Shown here: one piece after another, positions 41,420 to 54,414 of the stretch
Position numbering within the stretch: the first letter of the stretch is position 1
Layout: the number at the start of each line of letters is the position of its first letter
DNA from: Chiloscyllium plagiosum
Taxonomy: Eukaryota
Length of the DNA stretch: 64,000 bases
Assembly: GCF_004010195.1 (NCBI RefSeq)
Contig: NC_057719.1
Span: 79,035,678 to 79,099,677, forward strand
Direction of reading: 5' to 3'
Position numbers and translations under genes: made by a program
The notes under the pieces: generated by a model
What the model saw: only the letters and a program-made list of their open reading frames with translations
Told to the model about the DNA's origin: nothing
Databases searched by the model: none

Positions 41420-42985
41420 AACAGATCTGACACTTTGACATCTGTAGTAGGGACAATTTTAGAAACGATTATAAATGATGTGGCAACTGGACATTTAGAA
41501 AAGAATGGTTAAAAATGGGTAAAGCCAACGTGGATTTATGAAAATGAAATCATGTTTGACAAACTTGGAGTATGGAGAGGATATTACTTCTCGTATTAAT
41601 AAAAGAGAAGTGAACATACTGTATTTCAATTTTCAGAAGTTTTTGATAAGGTCCCACGGAGATTAGTAAATTAGATTAGATGGGAATGACGATAACACCC
41701 TAGTACAGATTGAGGATTGATTAACAGGCAGAAAAGCAGAGAGCAGGATAATTAGGTCTTTGTAGGGTTGACAGTCTGTTACTAGCATAGCACTGCAAGG
41801 ATCACACCTGTTCATAATTTATATAAATGATCCATATATGGCAACTAATTGCAATATTTCAAAATTTGATGATATTAAATTGGGTGAGCGTGTCAGTTGT
41901 GAGGAGGAGTAGAAAAGGAAAACTGGACGGGCTAGAATAATTCTGAAGTTATTCATTTTAGTGGAAAAAAAAATGGGTAGAAAGAAAGATTATTTCTCAA
42001 ATAAGTACAGGACTCCAAAAAGGGACCTTAAGTGTCCTTGCCCATGAGTCACAGAGTCATAGAGATGTACAGCATTGAAACAGACCCTTCAGTCCAATTT
42101 GTCTATGCTGACCAGATATCCTAATTTAATCTTGTCCTATTTGCCAGCATTTGGCACATATCTCTCTAAACCTTTCCTATTCATATATCCATCCAGATGC
42201 CTTTGAAATGTTGCAATTGTACCAGCCTCCACCACTTCCAGATAGGATAGTGAAGGAGGCATTTGGTATGCTTTCCTTTATTGGTCAGAGTACAGGAGTT
42301 GGGAGGTCATTTTGCAGCTGTACCAGGACATTGGTTGAGCCACTTTTGGAATAATGTGTGCAAATCTGGTCTTCCTATCAGAAAGATATTGTGAAATCCG
42401 AAAGGGATCAGAAAAGATTTACAAGGATGTTGCCAGAGTTGGAGGATTTGAGCTATAGGGAGAGGTTGAATAGGCTGGGGCTGTTTTTCCTGGAGCAGTG
42501 GAGGCTGAGGGGGCATGGATAGGGTAAATAGTTAAGGCCTTTTCCCTGAGGTAGGGGTGTCCAAAACTAGAGGGCATAGGTTTAAGGTGAGAGGGGACAA
42601 ATTTAAAAGGGACCTAAGGAGCAACCTTTTCATGCAGAGGATGGTACGTGTATGGAATGACCTACCAGAGGAAGTGGTGGAGGCGAGTATGATTGCAACA
42701 TTTAAAAGGTATCTGGATGGGTATATGAATAGGAAGGGTTTGGAGGGATATGGGCCGGCTGCTGGCAGATGGGACTAGATTGATTTGGGATATCTGGTCG
42801 GCATGGACGGGTTGGACCGAGTTAGTCCCCTTCTGTGATGACGACTTCCTCTGGCAGCTCGTTCCGTACACGCACTACCCTTTCCCTGAGAAGGTTGCTT
42901 CTTAGGTCCATTTTAAATTTGTCCCTCTCACCTTAAACCTATGCCCTCTCGTTTTGGACTCCCCTACCCCAGGGAAAAAGGCCTT
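41420..42985. mobile_element. Nested CR1 fragments in both orientations
   Basis: Old RT fragment at 41420-42050 (+), 3' end at 42052-42240 (-), 3' half at 42240-42820 (+) and a short piece at 42840-42985 (-). Confidence 0.85.
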
Positions 42986-43009
42986 AAATTTTAAAATTTT
43001 TAAATTCAG

Positions 43010-45299
43010 TCATCGGTCATGGATATTGCTGGCTAGGCCAATATTTATTCCCTTCCAGTTGATGTTTGATTCCATCAGAAGTGGTATTGGGTTTGCAAGG
43101 TTTTGTCTGAAGAACTTTGGCAAATCTCTGCAGTGCATCTTGTAGATAGCATATGTTGCTGCTATTGAGTGCCAGTGGTGGAGGGAGTGGATGTAGGGCC
43201 AATCAAGTGGGCTGCTTTGTCCTGGATGGTGTCAAGCTTCTTGAGTGTTGTTGGAATATACCCATTCAGGCAAACAGGGAATATTCCATCACACTCCTAA
43301 ATTGAGCCTTGCAGATGGTGGACAGGGTCTGCAGAGTCAGAAAGTGAGTTGCTTGTTGCAGTATTCCTAGCTTCTGACCGGTTCTTGCAGCCTGCCCTCC
43401 AAATGTTGATAGTGGAAAATTCAGTGATGGTAGCACCATTGAATATCCAGGGACAGTCATTAGATTGTCCGTTGTTGGGGATGATCATTGGGGCGACAGA
43501 CAGACAGACACAATCTCATTGCATTTGAACATGTATCTGAGGAGTTGCAAATGTGCTGAACATTGCACATCCCCAATTCTAACCTTATGATGGAGGGAAG
43601 GTTATTGATGAAGCATTTGAAGATGGTTGGGTGTAGGCCACTACCTTGAGGAACTCCTGGAGCGGAGATGAGTGACCTGCAACAACTACAGCCATCTTTC
43701 TATGTTCTAGGTCTGACTCTAACCAGCAGAGAGTTTGTCCCCAATACACATTGATTCCATTTTTGCTAGAACCCTCTGATGCCATACTTGGTCGCATGCA
43801 GCCTTGACATAAAGGGCTGTCACTCTCACTTCTGGGTCCATGTTTGAACCAAAGCTGTAATGAGATCAGGAGCTGAGTGGCCCTGGCGGAACCCAAACTA
43901 AGTATCACTAAGCAGGTTATTGCTGAGTAGGTGATGCTTGATAACATTGTTTTTGACAGCTTCCTAATGATCAAAAGTAGACTGATGGGACGGTCATTGA
44001 CCTGGTTAGATTTGCTCTGCTTTTTTTTTTTGCAGGACATACCTGGGCAATTTTCCACATTGTCGGGTAGATACCAGTGTTGTACTGGAACAGCAAGTTT
44101 TGAAGCAAGGGTCTTTAGTACTATCGCTAGAATATGGTCAGGGCCCATTGCCTTTGCAATAGCCAGTGCCTCCAACTGTTCCTTGATTTGGAGATGCCAG
44201 TGTTGGACTGGAGTGCACAAAGTTAAAAGTAACACAACACCAAGTTATAGTCCAACCTGTTGGACTATAACCTGGTGTTGTGTGGTTTTCAACTGTTTCT
44301 TGACATCATGTGATGTGAATTGGATTGGCTGAAGACCATCATCTGCGATGCTGTGGACCACTGAAGGAGGCTAAGATGGATCATCCACTTCAGGCTGAAG
44401 ACTAGGGTGAAAATTTTAGCCTGATCTTTTGGACTGATTTGCTAGATTCTTCCATCTTTGAGGATGGGGATATTTGTGAAGCCTCCTCTTCCAGTGAGTT
44501 GTTTAATTGGACATCACCATTCATAATTTTGGATTTGGCAGGACTGCAGAATTTAGTTCTGATCATGGGATTGTTTTGCTCTATCACTTGCTACTAATGA
44601 TGTTTGGCATGCAAGTAGTGCTATTTGGTGGCTTCACTATGTTGACACCTCAATACTGGTCCTGGTATGGCCTCATGCACTCTACATTGAGCCAGGACTG
44701 ATCCCTCTGGCTTGATGGTAATGGACGAGTGGGGGAAATATGTCGGGCCATGAGGTCATAGATTGTGCTGGAGTTGATGGCCCACAGGGTCTTATGGATG
44801 CCCAGTCTTTAGTTGCTAGGTCTGTTTGAAGTCTGTCCCATTTAGCACAGTGATAGTGCCACACAATACGATGGAGGCTGTAATCTCAATGTGAAGGCAG
44901 AACTTTGTTTCCACAAAGACTGTGCAACGGTCACGTTTAATGATACTGCATGGGCAGTTGCATCTGCTGTTGGCAGATTGGTAAGGATGAGGTCAAGTAT
45001 GTTCTTCCTTCCTGTTGGTTCCCTCCCCATCTGCTGCAGACCTCAGTCTAGCAGCTTTTTCCTAAGTGGTGTCACTGCCGAGCTTCTCATGGTAGTGGAA
45101 ATTGAAATGCGCCACCCAGAGTACATTTTGTGCTCTTACTACCCTCAGTGCTTCCTCCAAGTGTTGTTCAATATGGTGGAGTACTGATTCATCAGCTGAG
45201 GGAGCATAGTACAGAGAAACCATCAGGAAAAACATCCTTCCCAATCTTTTTCCTGATGCCACGAGATTTCATGGGATCAGGAGTCAATGTTGAGGACCT
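43010..45299 (-). mobile_element. Old CR1-superfamily LINE ORF2 (endonuclease and RT remnants)
   Basis: Peptides REPTGRKNILDLILTNLP, AKAMGPD.I.AIVLKT, N.RPISLL.II.K and ICKAQFRSVMEYS. Confidence 0.8.
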
Positions 45300-45799
45300 N
45301 NNNNNNNNNNNNNNNNNNNNNNNNNNNNNNNNNNNNNNNNNNNNNNNNNNNNNNNNNNNNNNNNNNNNNNNNNNNNNNNNNNNNNNNNNNNNNNNNNNNN
45401 NNNNNNNNNNNNNNNNNNNNNNNNNNNNNNNNNNNNNNNNNNNNNNNNNNNNNNNNNNNNNNNNNNNNNNNNNNNNNNNNNNNNNNNNNNNNNNNNNNNN
45501 NNNNNNNNNNNNNNNNNNNNNNNNNNNNNNNNNNNNNNNNNNNNNNNNNNNNNNNNNNNNNNNNNNNNNNNNNNNNNNNNNNNNNNNNNNNNNNNNNNNN
45601 NNNNNNNNNNNNNNNNNNNNNNNNNNNNNNNNNNNNNNNNNNNNNNNNNNNNNNNNNNNNNNNNNNNNNNNNNNNNNNNNNNNNNNNNNNNNNNNNNNNN
45701 NNNNNNNNNNNNNNNNNNNNNNNNNNNNNNNNNNNNNNNNNNNNNNNNNNNNNNNNNNNNNNNNNNNNNNNNNNNNNNNNNNNNNNNNNNNNNNNNNNN
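45300..45799. other. Assembly gap (500 N)
   Basis: Run of N. Confidence 1.
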
Positions 45800-46539
45800 A
45801 GGGATGTGGGCCGGCTGCTAGCAGGTGGGACTAGATTGGGTTGGGATATTTGGTTGGCATGGACGGGTTGGACCAAATGGTCTGTTTCCATGCTGTACAT
45901 CTCTATGACTCTATGACTCTATGTCCTGAATCTGTAAACATTGGTCTGACTTCCATTGAAAACTATCCAGCTCATCCTCTTTAACTTAAAGCAATTCTTG
46001 ATTCTCGATCTGCTGACTCTTCTAGGTTGAAGTATGTAAAGGCTTTACTCTGAGTTTTTAAGTTGGTCTGATGGCTTAATTTGCCTTCTGTGGATTTCTT
46101 CTTAGTCGTTTTCACATCCACAATGATGACACTGGAGGATTGCTGCTTACTTAGCAACATCTCTGTCAGAGGTATTGACTATTCATCTTTGAAAAACAAA
46201 GGATCAAAATGTTGTTCTTGAGTTGGCGTCTGCTAATACCAGGTGAAAGTGAGGACTGCAGATGCTGGAGATCAGAGTCAAGATTAGATTGGCACACCAG
46301 GTCAGGCAGCATTTGAGAAGCAGGAAAATCGACAGTTCGGGCAGGAGCTCTTCATCAGGAATGAGGCTGGGAGCCTCCGGCGTGGAGAGATAAATGGGAG
46401 GGGGGTGGGACTGAGGAGAAGGTAGCTAAGAGTGCAATAGGTGGATGAAAGTGGAGAAAAAGGTGATAGATCAGAGAGGAGGGTGGAACGCATAGGTGGG
46501 AAGCATGATTGACAGATAGGATAGGTCATGAGGATGGAA

Positions 46540-49078
46540 CTGAGAAATAAGAAAGGGATGATTACCTTATTGGGATTGTATTATAGACCCCCTAACAGTC
46601 AGAGGGAAATTGAGAAACAAATTTGTAAGGAGATCTCTTATCTGTAAGAATAATAGGGTGGTTATGGTAGGGGATTTTAACTTTCCAAACAAAGACTGGG
46701 ACTGCCATTGTGTTAAGGGTTTAGATGGAGAGGAATTTGTTAAGTATGTACAAGAAAATTTTCTGATTCAGTATGTCAATGTACCTACTAGAGATGGTTC
46801 AAAACTTCACCTACTCTTGGGTAATAAGGCAGGGCAGGTGACTGAGGTGTCAGTTGGGGACACTTCGGGGCCAGCGACCATAATTCTATTTGTTTTAAAA
46901 TAGTGATGGAAAAGGAGAGACCAGATCTAAAAGTTGAAGTTCTAATTTGGAGAAAGGTCAATTTTGACAATATTAGGCAAGAACTTTCAAAAGCTGAATA
47001 GGGCACAGATGTTCACAGGTAAAGGGATGGATGGAAATTGGGAAGCCTTCAGAAATGAGACAGCGAGATTCCAGGGACAGTATATTCCTGTCAGGGTGAA
47101 AGGAAAGGCTGGTAGATATAGGGAATGCAGGATGACTAAAGAAATTGAGGTTTGGTTAAGAAAATGTAGGCATATGTCAGGTATAGACAGGATAGGTCAA
47201 GTGAATCCTTAGAAGAGAATCCTTAAAGGCAGTAGGAGTATACTTAAGAGGGAAATCAGGAGGACAAAAAGGAGACATGAGATTGCTTTGGCAAATAGAA
47301 TTAAGGAGAATCCAAAGAGTTTTTACAAATACATTAAGGACAAAAGGGTAACTAGGGAGAGAATAGGGCCCCTCAAAGATCAGCAAGGTAGCCTTTGTGT
47401 GGAGCCACAGGAGATAGGGAGATACTAAACGAGTATTTTGCATCAGTATTTGCTGTGGAAAAGGGTATGGAAGATATAGAATGTAGGGAAATAGATGGTG
47501 ACATCTTGCAAAATGTCCATATTACAGAGGAGGAAGTGCTGGATGTTTTGAAATGCATATAATTGGATAAATCTCCAGGACCTGATCAGGTGTACCCTGG
47601 AACTCTGTGGATAACTAGGGAAGTGATTGCTGGGCCTCATACTGAGATATTTGTAATATTGATAGTCAAAGGTGAGGTTCTGGAAGACTGGAGGTTGACT
47701 AACTTGGTGCCACTTTTTAAGAAAGGTGGTAAGGACAAGCCAGGGAGCTGTAAACCAGTGAGCCTGACCTTGGTGGTGGGCAAGTTGTTGGAGAATCCTA
47801 AGGGACAGGATGTACATGTATTTGGAAAAGCAAGGACTGATTAGAGATAGTCAACATGGCTTTGTGCATGGGAAATCATGTCTCACAAACTTGATTGAGA
47901 TTTTTTGAAGAAGTAACAAAGAGGATTGATGTGGGCAGAGCAGTAGATGTGATCTATATGGACTTCAGTAAAGCGATCGACAAGGTTCCCCATGGGAGAC
48001 AGGTTAGCAAGGTTAGATCTCATGGAATACAGGGAGAACTCAACATTTGGATACAGAACTGGCTCAAAGGTAGAAGACAGAGGGAGGTGGTGGAGGGTTG
48101 TTTTTCAGACTGGAGGCCTGTGACCAGTGGAGTGCCACAAGGATCGGTGCTGGGTTCACTACTTTTCATCATTTACATAAATGTTATGGATGTGAGCATA
48201 AGAGGTATAGTTATTAAGTTTGCTGATGACACCAAAATTGGAGGTGTAGTAGACAATGAAGAAGGTTACTTCAGATTACAACAGGATCTTGATCAGATGG
48301 GTCAGTTGGCTGAGAAGTGGCAGATGGAATTTAATAAATGCGAGGTGCTGCATTTTGGGAAAGCAAATCTTTTCAGGACTTATACACTTAATGGTAAGGT
48401 CCTTGGGAGTGTTGCTGAACAAAGAGACCTTGGAGTGCAGGTTCATAGCTCCTTGAAAGTGGAGTCGCAGATAGATAGGATAGTGAAGAATGCGTTTGGT
48501 ATGCTTTTCTTTATTGGTCAGAGTATTGAGTATAGGAGTTGGGAGGTCATGTTAGGCCGCTGTTATCGGAAAAATGTTGTGTAACTTGAAAGCGTTCAGA
48601 AATGATTTACAAGGATGTTGCCAGGGTTGGAGGATTTGAGCTATAGGGAGAGGTTGAATAGGCTAGGGCTGTTTTCCCTGGAGCGTCAGAGGCTGAGGGG
48701 TGAACTTAGAGAGGTTTGTAAAATCATGAGGGGCATGAATAGGATAAATAGACAAAGTCTTTTCTTTGGGGTCAGGGAGTCCAGAACTGGAGGGCATAGG
48801 TTTAGGATGAGAGGGGAAAGATATAAAAGAGGCCTAAAGGGGCAACGTTTTCACGCAGAGGGTGGTACCTGTATGGAATGACCTGCCACAGGAAGTGGTG
48901 GAGGCTAGTATAATTGTAACATTTAAAAGGCATCAGGATGGATATATGAATAGGAAGGGTTTGGGGGATATGGGCCTTGTGCTGGCAGGTGGGACTAGAT
49001 TAGGATGCAGTATCTGGTCGGCGTGGACGAGTTGGGCTGAAGGGTCTGTTTCAATGATGTACATCTCTATGACTCTAT
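46540..49078 (+). mobile_element. Near-complete CR1/HER1 ORF2 and 3' UTR, frameshifted
   Basis: [48 protein letters not shown] and the ctctatgactctat tail. Confidence 0.97.
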
Positions 49079-49889
49079 ATCTTGCAGAAACCCATACTAA
49101 TTGTTCCTATATTTCTGGTTTGTTTTCTCTCATGTTCTGAATTAGAATGAGAGGAGATCTAACTGAGGTATATAAGAAGCTGAAGGGAACTGACAAAATA
49201 GACATAGACACCTCATGTGCGGTGCGGTCAGGTAACTCATGACCTCCAGGATTGTTATGGGACTATCAATATTCTCTTCTTGAATCTGGATTAAAAACTA
49301 AAAATGTAGAAGCCAAGCTTAAACCTGGCCAGACTCTGCGAATTGCAAACTGTAGAGCTGGAAGAGAAATACCCATGCAACCATGTCTTGGAAGATAACC
49401 TTCTCCTCGAAACTGGATAGGCCTAGAACTGCCTGACCAGGTGCGAACCAGCACACTGTTTCAAAATGAACCATTGTTTACATCTCGAGTGTCCCTGCTG
49501 TAGCAGCCTGTGAAGTCAAACTCATTAAGACGGGAGACCTTAAATATAGGCGCAGCAACTGAAATAAACAGGGCATCAAAACTGGCCAAAAAGGCAAGGC
49601 ATACTAGGATTGCCTGAGCCAAAACAGACAAAAGAGACAATGTTGCCTGGGGGCAAGTCCTTGCAAGATCCAAGCCCAGACAATTAAAGACAGAGAGGCA
49701 CCAGACAGCAATTCAACCCTTCCTGACAAACAACACTAGCTGTAAGGGGCAGACATGCCTCAGTAAGACACAAGACCAGGTGTCCCTTCATGACATTTTA
49801 ATGAGCTATGTATCTGGACCTCCAAATCTCTTTGGGACTTCAATATCTCTAGCATTTCATCATGTAGAATTTTTTTTGGTATCCCTCCT

Positions 49890-50845
49890 GTAGGAAAGAG
49901 GTTGTGAAACTTGAAAGGGTTCAGAAAAGATTTACAAGGATGTTGCCAGGGTTGGTGGGTTTGAACTACAGATTATCCGAATACCAATTATCTGAAAATC
50001 GGATTATCCGTGTTTCTAACAGTGACCGCCTCTTTTGTTTACAGTGATTAAACAGGCACCGTCTCCAAATGACTGATCTCCCACTCTCTCTCTCTCTCCA
50101 AACTTTGGAGACTTACCCCACAAAGACAACTGCAGCAGGCTTGTTGGTGTCCAGTCCAGCTGCTCCGGAGAGGGGATGGGTGTGTACCGGGGGGGGGGAT
50201 ATGTTGGACGGGGAGGCGGGGGGGCGGGGGCGGTGTTGCACAGGATCGGGGGTGGGGCTTCGTGCACTGTGTGCTGCTGCTAGTCTCCTGAAAGGGGAGC
50301 AGACTTTAAAAACTCCGATCCCCAGAGGAAAGGTATTTAATCGATTAACCGAATAATCGATTATCTGAACGAAATAGTGCCCGACCATCACGTTCGGATA
50401 ATCGAGGTTCCCCTGTATAGGGAAAGCCTGAATAGGCTAGGGCTGTTTTGCCTGTAGCATCAGAGACTAAGGGGTGACTTTATAGAGGTTTACAAAATCA
50501 TGAGGGGCATGTATAGGATAAATAAACAAGGTCTTTTCCCTGGAGTGGGGGAGTCTAAAACTAGAGGGTATAGGCTTAGGGTGAGAGAGGAAAGATATAA
50601 AAGGGACTTAAGGGTCAACTTTTTCACGCAGCGGATGGTGAGTGTATGGAAGGAGCTGTCAGAGAAAGTGGTGGAGGCTGATAAAATTACAGCATTCAAG
50701 AGGCATCTGGATGGGAACATGAATAGGAAAGGTTTAGGGGGGTACGGGCCAAGTGCTGGTATATGGGACTAGATTTATTTTGGATATCTGGTCAGCATGG
50801 ACAAGTTGGACTGAAGGGTCTGTTTCCGTGCTGTATATCTCTAGG
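49890..50845 (+). mobile_element. CR1 3' fragment interrupted by a Tigger-like MITE (49967-50418)
   Basis: CR1 text ...ttgaacta | MITE | tagggaaagcctgaatagg resumes after the insertion. The MITE ends in ttcggataatcgaggttcccctg followed by TA. Confidence 0.8.
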
Positions 50846-51029
50846 CCCCAAGAGCAGACACATCAAAAGGGGTTGTTGTTAAGCAAGCTTTTGAAAGCCA
50901 TTAGCAGCATTTCAAGGTGATAAATTAATTCGATACCTCTGATTGGTCAAGTCTTTGGAACATTCTGGAAGGTACCTAGGAGGGTATAGCCTCGCAGGAC
51001 ACTCCCCCACCCCCGAATACTCCAGCCTA

Positions 51030-54000
51030 CCTAGAGGCACATTGGGTTACAGCAGTGATCTGAGCAGCTCTGACCAGAGAGAGAATCAACCCATGAAGCG
51101 AGGAACAGACTGAACGATTTGACAGACCAGGTAGGAGAAAGTGAGGACTGCAGATGCTGCAGATCAGAGTCGAGAGTGTGGTGTTGGAAAAGCACAGCAG
51201 GTCAGGCAGCATCCGAGGAGCAGGAGAATCAACGTTTTGGGCATAAGCCCTTCATCAGAAATGAGCAGACCAGCAAAGTTACAAATATCGTGGAAGTATT
51301 TCAAGTTTCTAAAGAATCAGACAGTTAGAAATATAGTTGTTAAAAGTTTAACTTTTAACTCTTAACCTTTGTTGTCTTCAAACAAAGTTGCGACACTCGC
51401 GCAGCGTGTTCTCTTTCCTAATGCATGCTAAGATGCCTGGGTAAATTAATATCAGGCACACTGGTTGAGGAGTCTGCAGAGTCTTGGAGATACCCTATTC
51501 TAGACAACACGGCTTTGTTAGAAGAATGCTACACAGACTTGGTGGCACCCAGGTCAGTAGGAGGCCGGAGGCATAGCGTGACAAGGATAGGACCTGACAG
51601 CCAAAGTTTCAAAACCATATTCCGTGACCTCCACATATGGAATGTAGTTATCTCATTGGATTGTCCTGCCTCTGCTTGATGCTAATATTGGACACAGGCC
51701 ATAGAATCTTCAAGAAAGGCATGCATAAAGGGTAAAAGTGGCAACCTGAAGCCCTCTCTGCTTTTACACCTTCTTCAATGGTGTCTCCAGAAAGTCCACA
51801 TCAGGGAGGTAACCGAAGACCAGAACCAGTCTGAGACGGGAGGGAAAGTCCAAGTCAATAACCGCAAATCCTGAAACATGACGCAACTGAGCGATAGCCT
51901 GTCATAGAGATGTACAGCATGGAAACAGACCCTCTGGTCCAACTTGTCCGTGCTGACTAGATATGCTAACCTAATCTAATCCCATTTGCTAGCACCTGGC
52001 CCATATCCCTCTAAACCCTCCCTATTCGTGTACCCATCCAGGCGCCTTTTAAATGTTGCAGTTGTACCAGCCTCCATCACTTTCTCTGGCAGCTCATTCC
52101 ATACATGTATCACCCTCTTCGTGAAAGAGTTGCCCCTTAAATCTCTTTTAAATCTTTGCCCCTCACCAACCTATGCCCTCTAGTTTTGGCCTCCCTATCC
52201 TGGGAAAAAGATCTTGGCTATTCACACTATCCATGCCCCTCATGATTTTATAAACCTCCATAAGGTCACCCCTCAGCCTCCATTGCTCCAGATAAAATAG
52301 CTCCAGTTTATTCAGCCTCTCCCTATAGCTCAAATCCTCCAACCCTGGCAACATCCTTGTAAATCTTTTCTGCACCTTTTCAACAAATCTTTTCTGCACC
52401 TTTCAAGTTTAACAATATCTTTCCTATAGCATTGAACTCAGTTTTCCAAAAGTAGCAGAACCAATGTCCTGTACAGCTGCATCAAGGCATCTGAATTCCT
52501 ATACTCAATGCACTGAACAATAAAGGCAAGTGTACCAAATACCTTTTTCACTACCTTGTCTACCTGTGACTCCACCTTCCAGAAACTATGAACATGCACC
52601 CAAGATCTCTTTGTTCAGCAACACCTCATAGAACATTACCATTAAGTGTGTAAGTCCTGCCCTGATTTGCTTTTCCAAAATGTAGCCCTAACATTTATTT
52701 AAATTAAACTCCATCTGCCACTCCTCGGCCCATCGGCCTATCTGATCAAAGTCCCCTTGTGATCCGAGATGCTCCAATCAACAAAGCAATCCTCAGGCAA
52801 AGTGCAGGTAGGAAAAAAGACATTTGTGCTGATACTAAGGCATTACCTGTGTCCAAGTGTCAATTAATTCTGCCCTACTGTATCTCAAAAACAGCATGGA
52901 AGCAACAAAAAAGGACATGTAATGTCAATTCAACATCTCGTTTGGCATGAACACCAGATATAGTGTGTGTGTTTTGTAATTTTTTTTATTTTCTCATGGG
53001 ATACAGTTATCACTGGCTGGGTCAGCATTTATTACCCATCCCTTATTCCTCTGGGGAAGACTGGAGTCCTTGGATTCAATAAGACACCTCACCACCACCT
53101 TCTCCAGGGAAAATACAGGGGGAAGAGAAGTTGACCGAGCCAGGGATGTCCTCATACCATGAATGAATTTTTAAAAATACAGGCTCTATTCTGATCATTT
53201 TAAAGTATCAGTAAAAAAAAAACAAAAGCAAGCCCAACAAGAAAATACAGAAAAAAATGCATTATCTAGCAATGTAGATATTTCTTTGCACCTGCATTTG
53301 AAAGAACATAGAACTTAAATATAAAAATGGAAAGCAAATACCGAAGCATTGATTGTTAATCCTGCTTCTGGAGTTCCAGTGATTTAAAGGAAGGATAAGG
53401 TTTTATTTTGTCGATCAGCCAATAGCTGATCATGAAAAACAGGCAGTCAAACTCTCCATTGTTGTGGGAAATCACAGCAGGTCAGGCAGCATCCACGGAG
53501 CAGGAGAATCGACGTTTTGGGCATAAGCCCTTCATCAGGAAACGTCGATCCTCCTGCTCCTCGGATGCGGCCTGACTGGCTGTGCTTTTCCAGCACCACA
53601 CTCTTCGACTTGATCTGCAACATCTGCAGTCCTCACGTTCTTCCATTGCCGTGGGAAATGTAAAGCCAAGAAGAGTCAATTTCTTGAGTATTTCTGATGC
53701 TGACCACAAACATCCGGAGAAAAAGTTCCAGCCTTGAGATGACCAATATAGAGCTTGTGTCAACTTCAAGATGCACAGGCTTGAGTTGAACTCAAAACCA
53801 GCAAGAACCAGTTGAAACAATCGACCAATTCATAGGCAGGGTCGATGCAAAGGTACTGAAGCTAACTTATCTGAAAGACTTATGGAACTGGTCATTGGCT
53901 CTACACCCATCAAGTCCTTCAGAAAGCACTTCTAGCCAAACCCAATAAATATAATGTTGATGGACTATTGAGTGACAGACAAGTTTGGAGACTTTTTTGT

Positions 54001-54410
54001 GGGCCAGCAACACAGTTAAGTTAGGGTTAGGGTTCAGCAAAAAATATTGTGGCTGTAATAAGGTCAGCAAAACATCTAAATCTTGTATGAATTGTAGTTT
54101 GTCTTATCCACCAAGAAATTGTCCAGTGTTAGCTGATATATGCCAGCTATGTTCCAAAAGGGAATATTAAGTTAAAACTTACAAGAAGTCTAATTGCCCA
54201 AAGAAATCCAAAGTATAGCACAATATTCCGCAGCACAATGTGAAGAAGAGTCAACCAAGGAACAATGTCAATTTTTTCAAAGTTCCATCCAAGGCATCTA
54301 AATCTGACATGTCTAAGAATTATCTGCAATGAAACAGTTTACAGAACTCAGTCAGCGAGTACACATAATTACCTTAATACACCACAAAGCTGCCATCAGA
54401 AAAGCTGAAG
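51030..54410 (-). pseudogene. Unidentified gene relic, central cluster with hydrophobic segments
   Basis: About 54410-54373 ([11 protein letters not shown]), 54323-54183 ([47 protein letters not shown]; open, phase 0-0), 53931-53871 (KCFLKDLMGVEPMTSSISLS; donor ataagt), about 53780-53342, 52883-52847 (YSRAELIDTWTQ), 52791- (DCFVDWSISDHK), then after a LINE QAIAQLRHVSGFAVIDLDFPSRLRLVLVFGYLPDVDFLETPL...DNYIPYVEVTEYGFETLAVRSYPCH, and about 51308-51031 (NLKYFHDICNFAGLLI/YLVCQIVQSVPRFMG). Confidence 0.6.
51901..52760 (-). mobile_element. 5'-truncated CR1/HER1 LINE
   Basis: Peptide EKVQKRFTRMLPGLEDLSYRERLNKL plus the 3' UTR. Confidence 0.93.
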
Positions 54411-54414
54411 ACTT

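Noticed and set aside
45130..45916. Long ORFs full of X
   Set aside because: Artefacts of translating through the N gap.
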